From Phycisphaera mikurensis (GTDB lineage Bacteria > Planctomycetota > Phycisphaerae > UBA1845): a stretch of 49,056 nucleotides of DNA. The position numbers and the translations under genes were made by a program. The notes under the pieces are model-generated. The model worked only from the letters and a program-made list of their open reading frames with translations. It had not been told where the DNA came from and made no database searches. The stretch covers positions 1 to 49,056 of the forward strand of contig SBAX01000279.1 of the NCBI GenBank assembly GCA_005240095.1, given 5' to 3'. This document shows, piece by piece, positions 9,129 to 14,716 of the stretch. Position 1 is the stretch's first letter; each line of letters opens with the position of its first letter.

Positions 9129-10430
9129 CTAATCGCTACCGCTCATTCGTTCTGCCACTCGCAGCCAGAGCACTTTCAAGTAGGCCGATTCCGGGCAGTT
9201 GAGCATCACCGGATGATCGGGTCCCGCCCCGGTGCGGTCCAGCAATTGCAGCGGCCGCCGCAGGCGGCGGGCGGCGCGATGCACGGTTTCCAGGAAAACA
9301 TCGCCGGAAACCAGCCCGCTGCAACTGCAGGTGACAAACAGGCCGCCGGGGCGGACGACCTGAAGCGCAAGGTAGTTGAGGTCGTGGTACTTCCGCAGGG
9401 CGTCCTCGATATCGTTTCGCGTATGGGCCAGCTTGGGAGGATCGAGCACCACCGTGCCGAACTGGCGGGCATTGGCGATCATCTGCCGCAGGTAGATGAA
9501 CGCATCGGCATGCACGAAGCTGATTCGAGTCTGATTGAGATTGGCGTTTTCGCGAGCCACCGCCAAGGCCCCTTCATCCAGGTCCACGGCCGTGACGTCT
9601 GCTGCTTCGCCCAGCAGCTTGGCGCATAGCGAGAAGCCGCCGGTGTAGCAGCACAGGTCCAACACTTGTGCATCGCGACACAGCTCCGCAAAACGCCGCC
9701 GATTGTCCCGCTGATCGCAAAAGAACCCGGTCTTATGTCCGCCGGTCACGTCAACCCGATATCGAACCCCGTGCTCCCGAATCGTCAGCTCCCTGACCTC
9801 GCTCGACTCGGGATGGTCGGCGCGGAATCCTTCCATGCGTTCGACCGCTTCATCCACCCGGACCACCACCCGCCATCCCGCCCCGGCCCGCGCCGGTCGA
9901 TCCAGGCTGCTCGGCGTGCCCAGAAGCTCGCTCATCTTCGCCGCCAGCGCCGCCGCCCGCTGATACATGCCCAGGGAAAAAACCTCCAGCACCAGGCAAT
10001 CGGCATAGCGCTCCACGATCAGCCCGCTGAGGCCGTCACCCTCCGCGTGCACGAGCCGATAGGCGTCAGTGACTTCGTCCAGACACAGTCGGCGACGCAA
10101 GGCCAGGGCCTCGGACAGCTTTCGCCGCCAGAACGCGTCATCGATCGGTTCGTCACCGTAGGCCAGCACGCGGAGGACGATCATCGAGTCGGGGTTGTAC
10201 AGCCCCCGTCCGAAGAGCGCCCCTGATCTGTCATAGATGTTGACGATATCGCCCGGTCGCGCCAGGGCGTCGGCGGTGCGGATCATCCGGGCGTAGATGA
10301 ACGGATGGCCGGACGCCGATCGCAGCTGAACCCACGGGGACACGGCGCCGGCCGGCGCCTCCGCGGCGCCGGCCTGTCTGGGCGCAACTCGTGGCCGAGG
10401 TCGATCGCGTCGGTTCGCCATCGAGGCCAT
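9129..10430 (-). CDS. rlmI: Class I SAM-dependent 23S rRNA (cytosine-C5) methyltransferase, RlmI-like
   Basis: PUA-like N-terminus (IYDRSGALFGRGLYNP), EEHEE linker, and a SAM-binding core (VLDLCCYTGGFS...DPPK). ATG at 10430 (MASMANRR). The rest of the 780-aa ORF upstream is an antisense shadow of the next gene. Confidence 0.8.
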   Translation of the reverse strand: MASMANRRDRPRPRVAPRQAGAAEAPAGAVSPWVQLRSASGHPFIYARMIRTADALARPGDIVNIYDRSGALFGRGLYNPDSMIVLRVLAYGDEPIDDAFWRRKLSEALALRRRLCLDEVTDAYRLVHAEGDGLSGLIVERYADCLVLEVFSLGMYQRAAALAAKMSELLGTPSSLDRPARAGAGWRVVVRVDEAVERMEGFRADHPESSEVRELTIREHGVRYRVDVTGGHKTGFFCDQRDNRRRFAELCRDAQVLDLCCYTGGFSLCAKLLGEAADVTAVDLDEGALAVARENANLNQTRISFVHADAFIYLRQMIANARQFGTVVLDPPKLAHTRNDIEDALRKYHDLNYLALQVVRPGGLFVTCSCSGLVSGDVFLETVHRAARRLRRPLQLLDRTGAGPDHPVMLNCPESAYLKVLWLRVAERMSGSD

Positions 10431-10482
10431 GGTGTCCGCACAGGGACACCCTTGCAACCGGAGATCACCTGCGCCGCCGGCC

Positions 10483-10518
10483 GTCCCCCTTACCAAGGGG
10501 GACCACAGGGGGTTGAGG
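10483..10518 (+). repeat. Poly-C/poly-G hairpin repeat, copy a (intergenic)
   Basis: TCCCCC-TTACCAA-GGGGGA followed by CCACAGGGGGTTGAGG. Same architecture as the copies at 18146, 22979, 39585, 42339 and 42809. Confidence 0.7.
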
Positions 10519-10604
10519 CGACTGATCGCAACTAGACAGGAAATGAAAAGGCCCGACAATCGTCTTTCTGGTTCGCATTGAACGAGCGATTGCATGGGGT
10601 GGAC

Positions 10605-12005
10605 ATGAAACGGATCGAGAAAGTTGCCGTCATCGGCCTGGATTGTGCCGAGCCCTCGCTGGTTTTCGACAAATGGATCGATCACCTGCCGAACATCAAG
10701 CGGCTCATGACCGGCGGCACCTACGGTGAGCTGACCAGTTGCATGCCGCCCATCACCGTGCCGGCGTGGAGCTGCATGGCTTCGAGCAAGGACCCCGGAA
10801 CGCTGGGCATCTACGGCTTCCGCAACCGCGCCGACCACAGCTACGACAAGCTTTCCATCGCCACGTCCTTGGCGGTCAAGGAGCCGCGGATCTGGGACAT
10901 CCTCTCCGCTGCCGGGAAGCACTCCATCGTCGTCGGCGTTCCCGGCACCTATCCCATCACGCGACCCATCAACGGCTGCATGATTACCAGCTTCCTTACG
11001 CCCGACACCACCGATCCCAAGATTCAATGGACGCACCCCGTCACTCTGCGCAAGGAGGTCAACGACCTCGTCGGCGAGTACATGGTGGATGTGAAGGGCT
11101 TCCGCACCGACGACAAGAAATGGCTTCTCGACCAGATCTACGTCATGACCGAGAAACGCTACAAGGTCATCCGCCACCTGCTCAAGACCAAACCGTGGGA
11201 CTTGTTCTGGAGCGTGGAGATGGGCGTGGACCGCATCCATCACGGCTTCTGGAGCTGCATGGACCCCTCGCACCACGCCCACGTGCCCGGCAATCCGTTC
11301 CAGAACGCGATCTTCGAGTACTACAAGTACATCGATAAAGAGATCGGCGAAACGCTGGCCTGCATGGACCTGGACAAGACGGCCGTGTGGATCGTCAGCG
11401 ATCACGGCTGTAAGACCATGGTCGGCGGGTGCATGTTCAATCAGTGGTTGATGAATGAAGGCTTTCTGCACTTCAAGTCATCGCCCAAGCCCAAACAGAA
11501 GTTCGACTACAAGGACGTGGACTGGTCGAAGACCACGGCCTGGGGCGACGGCGGCTACTACGGCCGCTTGTTCATCAACGTGAAGGGCCGCGAGCCGGAG
11601 GGACAAATACATCCGGACCAGTACGAGTCCTTCCGCACCGAGCTGGCCGAGAAAATCGAGGCCATCGTCGATGACAAGGGCCGGCTGATGGGCAACAAGT
11701 GCTACCGCCCGGAGAAGATCTATGCCAAGGTCAACGGCGTAGCTCCGGATCTCGTCGTGATCTTTGGCGACCTTCGCTGGCGCTCCGTGGGGCTCGTCGG
11801 CGCCGACAGCATCTACACCTTCGAGAACGACACCGGTCCCGACGATGCCAACCACGCCCAGCAGGGCATGTACATTTTGAGTCACCCATCACTTGAGCCC
11901 CGCGGCCGCGTCAACGGCCCCACGCTCTACGATGTAACCCCCACCATCCTGCGACAGTTCGGCGCGGCCATCCCGGCCGACATGCGCGGCAAGCCGTTGG
12001 CATAA
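10605..12005 (+). CDS. Alkaline-phosphatase-superfamily protein (type I phosphodiesterase / nucleotide pyrophosphatase family)
   Basis: N-terminus VAVIGLDCAEPSL...TSCMPPITVPAWSCMASS (metal/nucleophile region) and a later VSDHG motif. ATG at 10605. Confidence 0.7.
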   Translation: MKRIEKVAVIGLDCAEPSLVFDKWIDHLPNIKRLMTGGTYGELTSCMPPITVPAWSCMASSKDPGTLGIYGFRNRADHSYDKLSIATSLAVKEPRIWDILSAAGKHSIVVGVPGTYPITRPINGCMITSFLTPDTTDPKIQWTHPVTLRKEVNDLVGEYMVDVKGFRTDDKKWLLDQIYVMTEKRYKVIRHLLKTKPWDLFWSVEMGVDRIHHGFWSCMDPSHHAHVPGNPFQNAIFEYYKYIDKEIGETLACMDLDKTAVWIVSDHGCKTMVGGCMFNQWLMNEGFLHFKSSPKPKQKFDYKDVDWSKTTAWGDGGYYGRLFINVKGREPEGQIHPDQYESFRTELAEKIEAIVDDKGRLMGNKCYRPEKIYAKVNGVAPDLVVIFGDLRWRSVGLVGADSIYTFENDTGPDDANHAQQGMYILSHPSLEPRGRVNGPTLYDVTPTILRQFGAAIPADMRGKPLA

Positions 12006-12452
12006 GGTGCGTCTCGCAGGGACTCTCAGCCTCCGCGCTTCCCAACGCGTAGGCATATGGCCATTGAATGGCCCGCTGTTCGCAGGCCGGCGGCGCGCCA
12101 CTGCCGTATGAGTAGTGCTGTCACCCCTCCTCGACGGCACGCCCTTTGAGGCGTCCGACTGCATTCTCTTTCCCGGCTCGCCCGTCCGGCCATTGACTAC
12201 CGAAATGCCTCGTCCCCTGTCGGCCGAACCACCAATCGAAGCCGGTAAGAGCAATCTGGACACCGTTACGCAAAATCCTTGACCGGCAAGGCGGTCTCCG
12301 CACGTCTATAGGACGCCGGCTCGTCGTGATGTTCACGGACCTGGATAGCTACACGACGCCATGTAGCGCTTGGCTGCCTCAGCGCTTTCGCATTCAAGCG
12401 CCGGGGGCAAGCCCCGACGCTACGTTCCGAATGCGATGCGGAGACCACTTCG

Positions 12453-14045
12453 ATGATCACTTTGTGCCTGGCGGGAATGACCGCTTCGATCCTGGGGTCC
12501 GACGTTCAGCTCAAGGTCGATCCCTTGATGGTCGTGTCCACGGGGGAAGTCTGGGACGTCATCGCCAAAGCGGACAACCCGGTATGGCCGGGATGGAACG
12601 CGGCGGACACGCCGATCCTGATCTATCTTCCCGGCGTGCAGGACGTGCTCATCAACCATCCCAGGCTGCCCGCCGACTTCACGGCCTATGACGGTCCGGT
12701 GAAGTCCCAGGCCGGTCCCATCTTCGTCCGCGACGGCAAGACCATCATCGACTTCGACGGGCAGAACACCTCGCGGGATGTTTTTGGCGTACAGACGCTG
12801 GTCATTGCCGACACACTCTCCAGCCGCAAGCAGGACGTGTCCTATCTGCTGTCCGATCCGCGCCCGGCCGACGAAAAAGCTCGCGAGCTAACCTACGACC
12901 GGCTGCGGCCGAATCCTTATGATCATCTCGCCCTCGTTGCCCACGAGGCCTTCCACGTCTTTCAGCACCGCAAGGCTCCCAACAAGGGCGGCAATGAGAT
13001 GGCCCTGGCCAAATACCCGGTTCTTTCTGTGGCCAACAACGTGGGCTTTGCCCTGGAGGGCGAGGCCCTGGCCGCGGCTCTCCGGGCGAAAACCAAGGAC
13101 GAGGCTCGAAACGCGGCGGTTCGCTGGCTTGCGATCCGCAAGGATCGGCGAAGAGAAATGCCCGCTGAGGCCATCGACTACGAGGACGGGACGGAGTTCA
13201 ATGAAGGTCTGGCAAAGTACGTCGAATACCGGTTGCTCCAAGTCTTGGAAGGCCGCACCCCGAATCCACAACTGTATCTGGCCCAGGGCTTTCGCGGCTT
13301 TCCCGACCTCTCCGCGGAACGAGAGCGGCTCATCGACCAAGCCGTCGCCAACCTCCGCGGCGAGGTCAACGTCAACAACGATCCCTACGGGGCGGCCCCG
13401 GCGCGGATGCGGATGTACTACTCCGGCATGGCCATCGCCGCGCTCCTGGATCGCCTGACCACCGGTTGGCACGAGCAGATCCTCCAGCCTTCGACGACCC
13501 TCACCGGCCTGGCGGAAAGCGCCATCAACGCGAGCGAGAACGACCTCACCGCGGCGCTGGCGCAGGCGAAATCAGGAACCGGTTACGAAGAACTCGTTCG
13601 CCGAAAAGAGCAGCTCGCGCAAGAGGGTCAGGGATTCGTGAGCCGCATCCTCGAGGAGATCGAGAAGAACCCGCACGGCGTGCTGGTGGTGGACTATTCG
13701 GCCCTGGGCAATCCGCGGGTGGGGCTGTCCTTTACGCCCTTCGGCATCCTCGCCGTGGATGACTCACGCACGATTTACCGGATGCTTCCGCTGACCGCTC
13801 AGATCGGCTCGGCCCGCATTTCGCAATCCGAGTCGCGTCCCGCCCTCGAGGACAAGAAATCCAAACAGCTTGTCTTCCCATTGACTGCCGACCCCACGTC
13901 GGCAATGGCGTCGATCGGCGAAGCGCTGGGCACGGCCGAGGCCCGGAAGTGGGACCCGCTCGAATTCCCCGGCGTCAAGCTCGAGGGCGTGCGTGGGACG
14001 ATCTGCTGGGACGGCCCGCGACTGGTGGTCCAGCTGAGCCGGTAG
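12453..14045 (+). CDS. Putative secreted gluzincin-type metallopeptidase (HExxH ... NEGLAxY), hypothetical
   Basis: HEAFH motif (LVAHEAFHVFQH) plus a downstream EFNEGLAKYVEY, typical of MA-clan peptidases. Short hydrophobic N-terminus. No closer family assignment is possible by eye. Confidence 0.55.
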   Translation: MITLCLAGMTASILGSDVQLKVDPLMVVSTGEVWDVIAKADNPVWPGWNAADTPILIYLPGVQDVLINHPRLPADFTAYDGPVKSQAGPIFVRDGKTIIDFDGQNTSRDVFGVQTLVIADTLSSRKQDVSYLLSDPRPADEKARELTYDRLRPNPYDHLALVAHEAFHVFQHRKAPNKGGNEMALAKYPVLSVANNVGFALEGEALAAALRAKTKDEARNAAVRWLAIRKDRRREMPAEAIDYEDGTEFNEGLAKYVEYRLLQVLEGRTPNPQLYLAQGFRGFPDLSAERERLIDQAVANLRGEVNVNNDPYGAAPARMRMYYSGMAIAALLDRLTTGWHEQILQPSTTLTGLAESAINASENDLTAALAQAKSGTGYEELVRRKEQLAQEGQGFVSRILEEIEKNPHGVLVVDYSALGNPRVGLSFTPFGILAVDDSRTIYRMLPLTAQIGSARISQSESRPALEDKKSKQLVFPLTADPTSAMASIGEALGTAEARKWDPLEFPGVKLEGVRGTICWDGPRLVVQLSR

Positions 14046-14197
14046 TCGGAGCGAGCTGTAGCCTTCGTCTGGTCAGTAGTCCGTGTGTCGGTTACGCGAC
14101 AACTACCCACCGCCTACGGCGTCTGACTAAGCCGAGAGAATATGGAAATAAAGCACTTTCAGTTCAAGACGTATTGACTAGAAGCCATACTAAGCGG

Positions 14198-14227
14198 TTG
14201 ACAGCGGGTTTTCCCTTAAGGTATAAC
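14198..14227 (+). promoter_or_regulatory. Near-consensus sigma70-type promoter of the small-peptide gene
   Basis: TTGACA (14198-14203), 18-nt spacer, TATAAC (14222-14227). Preceded by a markedly AT-rich stretch (14130-14197) in an otherwise GC-rich window. Confidence 0.6.
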
Positions 14228-14315
14228 CCTTCTTGGCCTCTTCGGATTCCGGTCGGGGGATCCAGGTAAGCCCGTCGTCGATCTGTCCAGGCCGCGCGTT
14301 GCGGCATGTCGTTTT

Positions 14316-14337
14316 CGATACACGCGGACGTGTATCG
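14316..14337 (+). promoter_or_regulatory. Perfect 9-bp hairpin / inverted repeat in the 5' leader of the peptide gene
   Basis: CGATACACG-CGGA-CGTGTATCG. Followed by the tandem 9-mer GAGAGGACA x2 (14345-14362) and the SD site AAGGAGG (14375-14381). Confidence 0.5.
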
Positions 14338-14387
14338 CGCATTGGAGAGGACAGAGAGGACACTTCTTTTCTCAAAGGAGGCGCAAG

Positions 14388-14576
14388 ATGGAGACTCCCC
14401 GGAAGGAAATCGAACTTCGCATTGAGGAGCTGGAAGAGCGCATCGCCCCCAGCACTTCGCCCGGCCTGCAAGGCTATGAAGGCCAGCCCGGCAATCAGGG
14501 CGGGCACGGCGGAAGCAACGGCACGCCGAACGGCCTGAAGGGATATGAAGGCCAACCGGGCAACCAGGGCGGCTGA
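14388..14576 (+). CDS. 62-aa precursor-like peptide: acidic helical leader + duplicated GYEGQPGNQGG core
   Basis: ATG preceded by AAAGGAGG at optimal spacing. Sequence METPRKEIELRIEELEERIAPSTSPGLQ-GYEGQPGNQGG-HGGSNGTPNGLK-GYEGQPGNQGG. The two 33-nt core copies differ at 5 positions, all synonymous. Confidence 0.8.
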   Translation: METPRKEIELRIEELEERIAPSTSPGLQGYEGQPGNQGGHGGSNGTPNGLKGYEGQPGNQGG

Positions 14577-14604
14577 TCGTCCAAGATGGGAAGGCGAGGG
14601 TCCT

Positions 14605-14649
14605 GCCGAGCCGCAGCGATCACGATAACAATCGGGCGCTCGGCTCGGC
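14605..14649 (+). terminator. GC-rich intercistronic hairpin (possible attenuator/partial terminator)
   Basis: 13-bp stem with one bulge, GCCGAGCCG(C)AGCG / CGCTCGGCTCGGC, and an 18-nt loop. It starts 29 nt after the peptide stop. A T-rich tract (TTTTGATTTCTTTTTCTTCTT) lies ~35 nt further on, so this is not a canonical terminator. Confidence 0.45.
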
Positions 14650-14716
14650 GGGAGCCCGCGTCCCTCCCATGCCATCGAAGGTTTTGATTTCTTTTTCTTC
14701 TTGAAGGTCCGCCACC

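Noticed and set aside
10445-10520. GCACAGGGACACCC... resembling the start of a c-di-GMP-I (GEMM) riboswitch upstream of the phosphodiesterase-family gene
   Set aside because: Only the first ~12 nt resemble the consensus. The conserved ACGCAAAGC segment, the GNRA tetraloop/receptor arrangement and the second hairpin are absent. Most of the segment is explained by the hairpin repeat copy a.
10431-11471. Upstream 347 codons of the 780-aa minus-strand ORF 9129-11471
   Set aside because: RlmI-like similarity begins only after the ATG at 10430. The upstream part is low-complexity (V/A/G/D/H-rich) and lies exactly antisense to the well-supported AlkP-family gene. This is a typical high-GC shadow ORF.
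14190-14675. 161-aa antisense ORF and 101-aa +2-frame ORF overlapping the small peptide gene
   Set aside because: Neither has an SD site or a meaningful sequence. The 62-aa frame is supported by the SD site, the promoter and the all-synonymous divergence of its internal repeat.
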